Shown here piece after piece: positions 1-7,639 of a stretch of DNA of 32,000 nucleotides. The notes under the pieces were generated by a model, which was not told the DNA's origin, did not search any database, and saw only the letters and a program-made list of their open reading frames with translations. Source of the stretch: Johnsonella ignava ATCC 51276 (GTDB lineage Bacteria; Bacillota; Clostridia; Lachnospirales; Lachnospiraceae). The stretch spans positions 25,573-57,572 of the forward strand of contig NZ_JH378833.1 in assembly GCF_000235445.1 (NCBI RefSeq), given 5' to 3'. Position 1 is the first letter of the stretch; each line of letters begins with the position of its first letter. The translations under genes and the position numbers were made by a program.

Positions 1-24
1 CACCTGATATGTTTTATAATAATA

Positions 25-134
25 CCCTTCTCTCATCCGGACTATACCGTCGGTTCCGGAATTACACCGGATCAGCCAGTTTCAGCTCGCAGACTTTACT
101 GCCGGTGGGGACTTGCACCCCGCCCCGAAGAACT
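25..134 (-). promoter_or_regulatory. FMN riboswitch (RFN element) aptamer. The expression platform and regulated gene lie beyond the left window edge.
   Basis: The minus strand reads TTCTTCGGGGCGGGGTGCAAGTCCCCACCGGCAGTAAAGTCTGCGAGC..GATCCGGTGTAATTCCGGAACCGACGGTATAGTCCGGATGAGAGAAGGG. This reproduces the conserved RFN core blocks as I recall them from the B. subtilis ribD leader (CUUCGGGGCAGGGUGAAAUUCCC-ACCGGCGGU, GCGAGC, GGUG-AAUUCC, CCGACAGU-AAGUC-GGAUG-GAGAAGG). No covariance-model scan was run. Confidence 0.85.
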
Positions 135-149
135 ATTTGTTGCATCTTT

Positions 150-178
150 ATGATAACACTGTAAAAAGAATAATGCAA
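150..178 (-). promoter_or_regulatory. Sigma-A-type promoter for the FMN-riboswitch transcript
   Basis: The minus strand reads TTGCAT (178..173), a 17-nt spacer, then TATCAT (155..150) preceded by TGT (extended -10). It lies about 15 nt upstream of the aptamer 5' end. Confidence 0.5.
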
Positions 179-328
179 GTAAAAAATCATTTTTTTATTT
201 TTAGCTAAAATTAATTTTTTAAAATTAAAAATTAATTTTTTTTAAAAAAATGATAAAGTATATGGACATTATTATATAATCATGTTATTATCAGATTGTT
301 ATAAAAAAATCTAAAGGAGATATATTTT

Positions 329-946
329 ATGAAAAAACTTTTAAGCACCTTGTTAGTTGGAGCAGCTGTATTAAGTATGGCAGCATGCTCAGGAGGAGTC
401 AAAAATACTGTTTCATCAACACAGGCAGACAGCAAATCAGAATCAGGCAAAGAAGCTTCATCAAAGAGTGAATCCAAATCAGAAGCCGCAAGTTCAATTG
501 CCGTAGGAGGCAGTGCAAAATCGGAAAGCGGCTCTGCCGGTGCTGTAACCAGCGATGACTTTAAGGGAGAAGGTAAAAAAGTTTACACTTTTACTGATGG
601 ATTTAATGAAGTTGAGGCTACATTTACATACAAAGACAATAAAGTTCTCAGTCAGACAACACACTCAAAATTAATGTACAGCATGTTTGGTCTCACCAAT
701 AAAGAAGAGGCTGAAAAGATGTTCAAACCGATTGTTGAAAAAATTCAGGCGGTTGAGGGTGTTAAGGAAGAACTGGTTTTTAATGATGACCATTATGTTG
801 AAGACATAACAGTAGATTTTACTAAAGTCGATCTTGCTAAACTTGGAGAAGCCCAAGGCACAGCAGTATATAAAGATGAATCCGATTTAATGATGTCAAC
901 TATAAGTCAGAGACTTATTTCTTCAGGGTATGTCGAAAAGAAATAG
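329..946 (+). CDS. Secreted lipoprotein with one YehR-like (DUF1307-like) domain behind a Ser/Glu/Lys-rich linker
   Basis: SD AAAGGAGA lies 8 nt before the ATG. The signal peptide plus lipobox is MKKLLSTLLVGAAVLSMAAC-SGG. The domain string FTYKDNKVLSQ..EEAEKMFKP..EGVKEELVFNDDHYVEDITVDFTKVDL resembles my recollection of the YehR/DUF1307 lipoprotein family. The family call is unverified. Confidence 0.8.
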   Translation: MKKLLSTLLVGAAVLSMAACSGGVKNTVSSTQADSKSESGKEASSKSESKSEAASSIAVGGSAKSESGSAGAVTSDDFKGEGKKVYTFTDGFNEVEATFTYKDNKVLSQTTHSKLMYSMFGLTNKEEAEKMFKPIVEKIQAVEGVKEELVFNDDHYVEDITVDFTKVDLAKLGEAQGTAVYKDESDLMMSTISQRLISSGYVEKK

Positions 947-995
947 AATTCTATACTTTAGAATATACTAAAAAATAGAAATAAACAAATTTACC

Positions 996-1029
996 ATGCC
1001 GGGATTTTTAAAAACAGAAATTCCGGCAT
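996..1029 (+). terminator. Hairpin downstream of the first lipoprotein gene (probable intrinsic terminator)
   Basis: ATGCCGGGATTT (996-1007) pairs with AAATTCCGGCAT (1018-1029) with one G-T wobble, followed by CTTTAATTACTTTT. It is homologous to the stronger hairpin at 2411-2454. Confidence 0.45.
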
Positions 1030-1034
1030 CTTTA

Positions 1035-1185
1035 ATTACTTTTAATAATATATTTTCTAAAATTTTTCAATTATTTCTCACATTATTTCTCCATTACTTC
1101 CCTATCCTAAAGTGTTGTAACTTTTATAGAATTTTAACGAATCACAAATACCTTTCCCAAACTGCAATTCTTCTTTAAATTTTTT
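1035..1185 (-). pseudogene. Degenerate relic of the ispD 3' end, carried along by the tandem duplication of the lipoprotein locus
   Basis: Positions 1037-1130 align to 2466-2545 (the real ispD C-terminus). Shared blocks are TTTTAA-TAATATATTTT, TCAATTATTTC-CACAT and GTTGTAACTTTTATA. On the minus strand the relic still reads ..SIKVTT.. then hits TAG, where ispD reads NIKVTTSEDVEIIEMFLKKYII. It also has a roughly 17-nt insertion and several stops. Confidence 0.55.
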
Positions 1186-1286
1186 TAATTTTATATAGTT
1201 ATATTATTATAACATATATAGACATTACAAGATAATCATGTTATTATCAATGTGCTATATAAAAATCTAAAGGAGACGTATTATTT

Positions 1287-2345
1287 ATGAAAAAATTTTT
1301 AAGCTGCCTGTTAGTTGCTGTAGCCGTGTCAGGTATAGCGGCATGCTCAGGAGGAAATAAAAACGCAGTTTCCTCAACACAGGCAAACAACAATTCAGAA
1401 TCAGACAAGGAATCTTTATCAAATAGTGAATCTAAATCTGATTCTTCAGGCTCAATTGCAGAAGGCGACAGTGTCATGTCAGACAGCAGCTGTGCCGGAG
1501 CTGTAAACAATAGCAAATTTAAGGGTGAGGGTACAAAAACTTATACAATTGGGTACGGATTTAATATGTTTGAATATACATTTACATACAAAGATAATAA
1601 AGTTCTAAGCGAATCAGAGCATACAATACGTAGATACCGTGTAGAAAATTTTCTTCATCCCTCTAAAGAAGATGCTGAAGAACGTTTAAAACCTGAAATT
1701 GAAACTCTTAATGCACTTGAGGGCATTACTGCAACAGTAGTTTTTAATGATGATTACTATGTTAAGGATATATCAATTGATTATACTAAAACTGATATTG
1801 ATAAACTTGCTGAAGTTCAAAAAGAGAAACACATACATTTTACTTCAATGGAAAATAATTTTGACATGACAGCTATAGAAAATCAATTTATCCCACCGAG
1901 ATTTACTAAAAAGAGCAGTCCTAAATCAACTGCCAAATATTCAGGTACAGAATTTAGCGGCAAAGGTACAAAGGTTTATATACACCCAGATATCCCTGAA
2001 ACAGATCTTAAAATTACATTTACATATGAAGATAATAAAGTTTTAAGCGAGTCAATATATACGAAAAAACTGTACTACGATGATTATTTTAACAGTAAAG
2101 AGGAAGCTGAAGAAATACTCACACCGCTAAATGAAAAGTCCAATTCGATTGAAGGTGTTACATCAAAAATGACTTTTAATGATGACCATTATATTACAGA
2201 CTATACAGTTGATTTTACTAAAGTCGATTTTGATAAACTTGCAGAAACAAACGGGGGATATTATATATATTCAGATGAATCTGATTTAAATATGGAAGAT
2301 ATATACCAGGAATTATCTTTTTTAGGATATGTAGAAAAGAAATAA
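1287..2345 (+). CDS. Secreted lipoprotein, paralog of 329..946, carrying two tandem YehR-like (DUF1307-like) domains
   Basis: SD AAAGGAGA is present. The lipobox is LLVAVAVSGIAAC-SGG. Two copies of the FTY(K/E)DNKVLSES..(K/E)E(D/E)AEE..EG(I/V)T..NDD(Y/H)Y..D(Y/F)TK(T/V)D(I/F)DKLAE module occur, at about aa 78-180 and 223-352. The C-terminus (..SDESDLNMEDIYQELSFLGYVEKK) parallels that of gene 329..946. Confidence 0.85.
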   Translation: MKKFLSCLLVAVAVSGIAACSGGNKNAVSSTQANNNSESDKESLSNSESKSDSSGSIAEGDSVMSDSSCAGAVNNSKFKGEGTKTYTIGYGFNMFEYTFTYKDNKVLSESEHTIRRYRVENFLHPSKEDAEERLKPEIETLNALEGITATVVFNDDYYVKDISIDYTKTDIDKLAEVQKEKHIHFTSMENNFDMTAIENQFIPPRFTKKSSPKSTAKYSGTEFSGKGTKVYIHPDIPETDLKITFTYEDNKVLSESIYTKKLYYDDYFNSKEEAEEILTPLNEKSNSIEGVTSKMTFNDDHYITDYTVDFTKVDFDKLAETNGGYYIYSDESDLNMEDIYQELSFLGYVEKK

Positions 2346-2410
2346 AATCCTATACTTTATACTTAAAGAAATAGAACTCTATACTTGTGAATATTCTAAA
2401 AAATAGAGAT

Positions 2411-2454
2411 AAACAAATATGCCCGGATTTTGAAAAATTCCGGCATATTTGTTT
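2411..2454. terminator. Bidirectional intrinsic terminator between the convergent lipoprotein gene and ispD
   Basis: AAACAAATATGCCCGGATTT and AAATTCCGGCATATTTGTTT form a stem of about 20 bp with one bulge. A/T runs lie on both sides. Confidence 0.65.
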
Positions 2455-2468
2455 ATTGAACGAGCATT

Positions 2469-3185
2469 TTAAATAATATATTTTTTTAAAAACATCTCAA
2501 TTATTTCCACATCCTCCGAGGTTGTAACTTTTATATTGGTATATTCACCATATCCCAGTTTAACTTTTATATCCGTCATTTTTTCAATCACTGCGGCATC
2601 ATCCGTTACACCTCTAAAATCTCCCGCCTCAAAAAGCTTTCTGTAAGCATTTTTACACAGCTCATAAGAAAATGCCTGAGGAGTTTGTATACAATATATA
2701 TCTTTTCTGTCCGGAGTAAGCCGTGAAAAACCATTCTCATCAGCAATCTTTACAGTATCTTTTGAAAGTACGGCAGGTACATAGGCTTTAAATTTAAGTC
2801 CGCCTTTTATGGAATTCTCAATTATGTTCTTACTTACAGCCGGTCTTGCAGCATCATGTATAAGCACAAGATCATACTTTTTTTTCAAAACAGCCGGGTG
2901 AAGCAAGGCATTATATACCGATTCATACCTGCTCTTGCCGCCTTTTGATATATACAGAACTTTAGATATACCATATTTCTTTATAATATTTTTATCTACA
3001 TACTCTATATCATCTTCAGGCACTGCCACCGCTATATCATCAACACAGCTTTCTTCAAAAGTTTTCAGGCTATAAACCATCATAGGTATACCGTTTAAAT
3101 GAAGGTACTGCTTAGGTACTTCCATCTGCATTCTGCTTCCGCTGCCTGCTGCCAGTATAATTGCAAGAGTTTTTATGCTTTGCAT
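2469..3185 (-). CDS. ispD: 2-C-methyl-D-erythritol 4-phosphate cytidylyltransferase
   Basis: 238 aa. Motifs seen: AAGSGSRM, VPKQYL, IHDAARP, QTPQAF, VTDDA. The start lies 4 nt after the tsaD stop, so the two are probably co-transcribed. Confidence 0.93.
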   Translation of the reverse strand: MQSIKTLAIILAAGSGSRMQMEVPKQYLHLNGIPMMVYSLKTFEESCVDDIAVAVPEDDIEYVDKNIIKKYGISKVLYISKGGKSRYESVYNALLHPAVLKKKYDLVLIHDAARPAVSKNIIENSIKGGLKFKAYVPAVLSKDTVKIADENGFSRLTPDRKDIYCIQTPQAFSYELCKNAYRKLFEAGDFRGVTDDAAVIEKMTDIKVKLGYGEYTNIKVTTSEDVEIIEMFLKKYII

Positions 3186-3189
3186 TGTC

Positions 3190-4299
3190 TTATTCTACCT
3201 TTTCACCCAGTTTTAATGCCGGAAAGGCATTTAAATCCAATCCGCTTCTTTTCCCGTTCAAAAAATCATAGTAAGCGGCAGCTCCTATCATAGCCGCATT
3301 ATCTGTGCAGTATACAGGTGAGGGATAATAAAGCTTAATACCGTTTTCATCACATGTTTTTTTCATAGTTTCTCTCAGCAGACTGTTTGCGGCTACTCCT
3401 CCTGCCATCGCCGCCTGTTTAAATCCATAATCATGTGCGGCTTTAACAGTATGCTCCACCAGAACTTCAACTACCGATTTTTGAAATGAAGCCGCAACAT
3501 CGGCAGTATTTACAGCTTTGCCCCTCATATTTACACTGTTTAGATAGTTTAATACCGCAGATTTTACTCCTGAAAAGCTGAAATCATATTCCGACTTGGC
3601 AACCTTTGCTTTTGGAAATACTATCGCATAGGGATCGCCTTTTTTTGCCTCCGCATCTATCTTAGGACCTCCCGGATAGCCAAGTCCTATACTTCTTGCA
3701 ACCTTGTCAAAGGCTTCCCCTGCGGCATCATCACAGGTTTTTCCTATGATTTCTATATCCGTATAGTCTTTTACTGCCGCAAGCTGTGTGTGTCCGCCTG
3801 AAACTACAAGACATAAAAACGGCGGTTTAATATCATGTTCTATATAGTTTGCAGCTATATGTCCCTCTATATGATGTACTCCTATAAGCGGCTTTTTCAG
3901 TGCATAGGCAAATGCCTTTGCGTGGGCAACGCCTACCAGAAGCGCCCCTACAAGTCCGGGACCGCAGGTTACTGCGACCGCATCAATCTCGGAAACTTTA
4001 ATGTCAGCATCTGAAAGTGCCTGTGCAATAACATAATTTATCTTTTCTATATGGTTTCTTGATGCAAGTTCAGGTACTACTCCACCATAAACGGTATGAA
4101 GCTCTATCTGTGATGATATTACATTTGAAAGCACCGTTTTTCCGTTTTTAACAACTGCTGCGGCAGTTTCATCACAGGAGGTTTCAACTGCAAGTATACA
4201 TATATTGCCGCCGGCTTCTTTTTTAACGCTGCCGGTTAAACAGCCCTCCCCTCCGATATCATCCTTAAGTTTATCATTTATATAAGAATTGCTTCCCAT
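3190..4299 (-). CDS. tsaD: tRNA N6-adenosine threonylcarbamoyltransferase (Kae1/Gcp family) with a ~33-aa N-terminal extension
   Basis: 369 aa. Motifs seen: [46 protein letters not shown]. No in-frame ATG/GTG/TTG exists between 4299 and the conserved ETSCDET block. Confidence 0.93.
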   Translation of the reverse strand: MGSNSYINDKLKDDIGGEGCLTGSVKKEAGGNICILAVETSCDETAAAVVKNGKTVLSNVISSQIELHTVYGGVVPELASRNHIEKINYVIAQALSDADIKVSEIDAVAVTCGPGLVGALLVGVAHAKAFAYALKKPLIGVHHIEGHIAANYIEHDIKPPFLCLVVSGGHTQLAAVKDYTDIEIIGKTCDDAAGEAFDKVARSIGLGYPGGPKIDAEAKKGDPYAIVFPKAKVAKSEYDFSFSGVKSAVLNYLNSVNMRGKAVNTADVAASFQKSVVEVLVEHTVKAAHDYGFKQAAMAGGVAANSLLRETMKKTCDENGIKLYYPSPVYCTDNAAMIGAAAYYDFLNGKRSGLDLNAFPALKLGEKVE

Positions 4300-4343
4300 A
4301 ATTACCTGCTGTTTTCATTGTTTTATATATAAATATTTTATAG

Positions 4344-4403
4344 TTTAATATCTTATAACTGAATATCTTATAGCTGAATATCTTATAGCTGAATATCTTA
4401 TAG
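4344..4403. repeat. Head-to-tail 15-bp tandem repeat: three perfect copies of CTGAATATCTTATAG plus one degenerate copy
   Basis: TTTAATATCTTATAA (4344-4358) is followed by CTGAATATCTTATAG at 4359, 4374 and 4389. The array sits in the 192-bp rnz-tsaD intergenic region, 45-105 nt upstream of the tsaD start. Confidence 0.9.
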
Positions 4404-4491
4404 CTATACATTTCCGGTTAAAGACTTTATAATCAAATATATTACTTTATAATAAAGTATATTATAAAGTAAATATCAAATCCAGGCGGTA

Positions 4492-5403
4492 TCATTCGTC
4501 ATCAAAGCCAAGCTCAAGGCTCCAGCCGTCTCTTGGGGTTTTTGTATATGGAAATATTTTGCGAAGATCATCAAGGTACTCATCAGGTTTATTCATAGAC
4601 GGGCTGTAATGTGTAAGCCAAAGCATTTTAGGTTGTGCTTTTTTTGCTATTTCCGCCGCCTCATACATAGTCATATGCTTATGTTCCCTGGCATTCTCCT
4701 CCTTACCGTCCTCACCATACATACCCTCACATATAAATAAATCCGCCCCCTGTGCATATTTTTCAATCACAGGTACAGGTCTTGTATCAGTGCAGTAGCA
4801 TACCTTAAGACCTCTTCTTTCAGGTCCCATAACCATATCAGGTGTGTATATGCCGCTGATATCCTCAATACTCTCTCCATTTTGCAGTTTATTCCAAAAT
4901 TTTAACGGTATATTCAGCTCTTTCGCTTTCAGTGCGTTAAACCGCCCTTTTCTCGGTATGCTTATGGTATAGCCGTAGCATAATATCCTGTGTTCCACCT
5001 TAAATGCTTCTATTTTATAGGGACCTATATAAAAAACTTCCTCTTTTTCTTCTATTTCCTTATATACTATTTCAAAAGGAAGCTCAGGTGCAATACTTCT
5101 TAATGCACCTACAACCCTGCATAATCCTTTAGGACCTATGAGGGTTACAGGTTCAATCCTCTGTGCATTGCCAAGTGTAAGCAAAAGCCCCGGCAAGCCG
5201 CCTATATGATCTGCATGATAATGTGTAAAGCATATTACATCTATCGGTCTCGGGCTCCAACCCTTTTGACTTAAAGCTATCTGTGTACCTTCGCCGCAGT
5301 CTATCAAAAGGTTGCTTCCTTTACATCTTGCCATCATTGAAGTCAGCCATCTGTATGGCAGCGGCATCATACCGCCGGTACCAAGCAGACATATGTCCAA
5401 CAT
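4492..5403 (-). CDS. rnz: Ribonuclease Z (metallo-beta-lactamase fold tRNA 3' endonuclease)
   Basis: Motifs seen: LLGTGGMMP, LIDCGEGTQ, the HYHADH zinc motif, and C-terminal LWLTHYSP. I prefer the ATG at 5403 (MLDICLLG) because SD GAGGTG lies 9 nt upstream. The ORF-track start at 5415 is a GTG inside that SD. Confidence 0.85.
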   Translation of the reverse strand: MLDICLLGTGGMMPLPYRWLTSMMARCKGSNLLIDCGEGTQIALSQKGWSPRPIDVICFTHYHADHIGGLPGLLLTLGNAQRIEPVTLIGPKGLCRVVGALRSIAPELPFEIVYKEIEEKEEVFYIGPYKIEAFKVEHRILCYGYTISIPRKGRFNALKAKELNIPLKFWNKLQNGESIEDISGIYTPDMVMGPERRGLKVCYCTDTRPVPVIEKYAQGADLFICEGMYGEDGKEENAREHKHMTMYEAAEIAKKAQPKMLWLTHYSPSMNKPDEYLDDLRKIFPYTKTPRDGWSLELGFDDE

Positions 5404-5421
5404 AAATTTAATCACCTCATT

Positions 5422-5862
5422 CTAATTATTTAAAATCTTTTCCATTAATATCGCATCCTCTGTGGGATGCGAATAGTAATCTTTTCTTATTCCATTTTGT
5501 ACAAATCCGAATTTTTTATAAAGAGCAGTTGCAGGCTCATTGTCCCTTCTGACCTCAAGCCTTACAACTGATACTCCCTTACATTTGCATATAAGCAGAA
5601 TTTTATTTAATAATAGCTGTGCCGTTCCCTCATTTCTTCTTTCCTTTAGTACCGCAAGTCTCATTAGCTCAGCTTCCGGAGCGAGTATCCTTATATTTGC
5701 ATAACCTATGGTCTTTGTACTCTCCTGTGCCATCTCAATAAAATCATAGCTGTTTTTATACATTTCTTCTATTATCTTTTCGGACCACGGCTCTTTAAAA
5801 CATTCCTTTTCTATGTATGCTATATCCTTAATATCTTCTGCAAGCATCTGTCTTATCCACAT
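5422..5862 (-). CDS. rimI: Ribosomal-protein-alanine N-acetyltransferase (GNAT)
   Basis: 146 aa GNAT fold (..LAVLKERRNEGTAQLLLNKIL.., ALYKKFGF). It sits directly between tsaB and the next gene, as in the canonical tsaE-tsaB-rimI arrangement. The start is 1 nt after the tsaB stop. Confidence 0.8.
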   Translation of the reverse strand: MWIRQMLAEDIKDIAYIEKECFKEPWSEKIIEEMYKNSYDFIEMAQESTKTIGYANIRILAPEAELMRLAVLKERRNEGTAQLLLNKILLICKCKGVSVVRLEVRRDNEPATALYKKFGFVQNGIRKDYYSHPTEDAILMEKILNN

Positions 5863-5863
5863 T

Positions 5864-6559
5864 TTAGTGTTTTGACTCCATTTCTCTTTCCGCCTGGCTT
5901 TTTCTCAAATACTCAGGCACCATGCTTTGTGCACTTACAACCTTTCCCTGTCTGTAATATTTTGCCCCGAGACATGCAAGCGTACCTGCCCTCTGTCTGT
6001 TCATATATGCGGGTGCAAAAGCGTATGGACATGCAAAATGATTTTTTATAAATTCCTTATACACAGGAACCCCGTCTCCTAAAAATATTACTTCATCACC
6101 CAGGCTTTCAAGTTCATAAAGCACTTCTTTTATATCGGCGGCAAATGATTGTTTTATTACCTCAAAATCACTTTCATTTTTATAAAATCCTGTATAAACC
6201 TGATTTCTCCTTGCATCCATTATAGGGCATATAAGTGCATGGCTTTTAAATATATTATATGCCGTCATATCAAGTGTAGGAACTGCTATCAGAGGTTTTC
6301 CAAGTGCCATTCCAAGCCCTTTTGCCGTCGCCGCTCCTATCCTCAGCCCTGTAAAAGAGCCCGGACCTGATGAAACGGCTATGGCATCAATCTCTGAAAC
6401 ATCCGTATCGGAACTTTTAAGTACAGAATCTATCATGGGAAGCAGTGTCTGTGAATGTGTCTTTTTATTATTTAAAGTATACTCTGCCTTTATTACATCG
6501 TCTTCCCAAACAGCTGCCGATGCCACAAGTGAAGAGCTTTCAACCGCAAGTATTTTCAT
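5864..6559 (-). CDS. tsaB: tRNA threonylcarbamoyladenosine biosynthesis protein TsaB (YeaZ)
   Basis: 231 aa. Motifs seen: MKILAVESSS, SSGPGSFTGLRIGAATAKG. Operon context with tsaE and rimI. Confidence 0.9.
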   Translation of the reverse strand: MKILAVESSSLVASAAVWEDDVIKAEYTLNNKKTHSQTLLPMIDSVLKSSDTDVSEIDAIAVSSGPGSFTGLRIGAATAKGLGMALGKPLIAVPTLDMTAYNIFKSHALICPIMDARRNQVYTGFYKNESDFEVIKQSFAADIKEVLYELESLGDEVIFLGDGVPVYKEFIKNHFACPYAFAPAYMNRQRAGTLACLGAKYYRQGKVVSAQSMVPEYLRKSQAEREMESKH

Positions 6560-6601
6560 GTTATAAACAGGAACCTTTCATATTGATAATTTAATATAAA
6601 T

Positions 6602-7027
6602 TTATAACCCCTCAACTGTAATCCGTCTATAATCAAGTCCTTTTTGAACATCTCTATCAATTCTTATCTTTATGGCAAAATCGGGAATTATATTCTCTAT
6701 AAGCTCTGACCACTCAATAATACATACTCCGCTGCCGAATAAATAATCCTCAAAGCCTATCTCATACATCTCATCGGAATCCGATATACGGTACGCATCA
6801 AAATGATACAAAGGCAGTCTGCCTCCGTCATACACCTGCATTATAGTAAAAGTGGGGCTTACTATATCATCATCTATACCCAGTCCAAGAGCAAAACCTT
6901 TTGCAAATACCGTCTTTCCCGCACCTATCTCACCGTCAAGGCATATCACGGTTCCGCCTTTTATATACTTTGAAAAATCATATGCAAACCTTAAAGTGTT
7001 TTCATATGAAAAACTGTCATATATCAT
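6602..7027 (-). CDS. tsaE: tRNA threonylcarbamoyladenosine biosynthesis ATPase TsaE (YjeE)
   Basis: 141 aa. Motifs seen: P-loop GEIGAGKT, SPTFTI, LYHFDAYR, IEW. Confidence 0.9.
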   Translation of the reverse strand: MIYDSFSYENTLRFAYDFSKYIKGGTVICLDGEIGAGKTVFAKGFALGLGIDDDIVSPTFTIMQVYDGGRLPLYHFDAYRISDSDEMYEIGFEDYLFGSGVCIIEWSELIENIIPDFAIKIRIDRDVQKGLDYRRITVEGL

Positions 7028-7031
7028 ATAT

Positions 7032-7592
7032 TTATTTAAAACCGTTAGTAAAACGTGTAAAAAAACTGACCCTCGTCTTACTCTTTATAAGCTCCTTAAG
7101 TCTGTAATTATCTTTATTCAAATACCTTTTCGGTATAAGATAAGCCCTTATATTATTTAAAAATATAATAATCATAGTATTTGTTGCAGCACTTTTATAA
7201 ACCATATTCCACTCAAATTTAAGACTCTGTCCTGACTGAAATACCTCAAAACCGCTTTCATCAAATATTATTTTAAATCCGTCTTTTATATGGTTGTTTT
7301 TCGCCTGCTTAAAAGCCTTTAAGTACAACATAGCAGGCTGTATTACACTGAACAGCAGTATAAAAAATACAAACAACAGCTTCATAGGAATATCAGAACT
7401 GCTTATATTGATCATCAGCATATATATGGCTGCCAATGTAAAAGAAAGATTAAAAATGCCAAGCATACCTCTGTTGGCATTGTACATTGAAAAAAGCCAG
7501 ATATCATTTACATTTAATTTTATATCAAGACTTATGCCGTCTTTTTTATCTTTATTTTCTTTGTCTTTTGTAATATTATGCATTACCTTCAT
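7032..7592 (-). CDS. Membrane protein with a YcxB-like C-terminal domain
   Basis: 186 aa with two hydrophobic helices (LGIFNLSFTLAAIYMLMINI, LLFVFFILLFSVIQPAMLYL). The tail FDESGFEV..FEWNMVYK..IIFLNNIRAYLIPKRY matches my recollection of the YcxB-like family. The stop lies 4 nt before the tsaE start. Confidence 0.6.
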   Translation of the reverse strand: MKVMHNITKDKENKDKKDGISLDIKLNVNDIWLFSMYNANRGMLGIFNLSFTLAAIYMLMINISSSDIPMKLLFVFFILLFSVIQPAMLYLKAFKQAKNNHIKDGFKIIFDESGFEVFQSGQSLKFEWNMVYKSAATNTMIIIFLNNIRAYLIPKRYLNKDNYRLKELIKSKTRVSFFTRFTNGFK

Positions 7593-7639
7593 AAGCCTAT
7601 ATATTAATATTGTAAGGAAATAGACTATATAACAAAAAG

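Noticed and set aside
996-1178. 60-aa plus-strand ORF downstream of the first lipoprotein gene
   Set aside because: It has no SD, starts inside the terminator hairpin, and the region is explained as a decayed copy of the ispD 3' end on the opposite strand.
280-1516. Antisense ORFs 280..477 and 1247..1516, which look conserved between the two lipoprotein loci
   Set aside because: Their similarity follows from the DNA duplication. They lie antisense to the signal-peptide and Ser-rich linker regions, lack SDs, and have odd composition.
4344-4403. Possible miniature CRISPR-like array, because of regularly spaced identical 15-mers
   Set aside because: The units abut directly with no spacers, are far shorter than CRISPR repeats, and no cas genes or leader are present. 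It is a simple tandem repeat.
7294-7623. 109-aa hydrophobic plus-strand ORF opposite the YcxB-like gene
   Set aside because: The minus-strand ORF has the recognisable YcxB-like C-terminal pattern and fits the operon (4-nt spacing to tsaE). The antisense frame is hydrophobic only because it mirrors TM-coding sequence.
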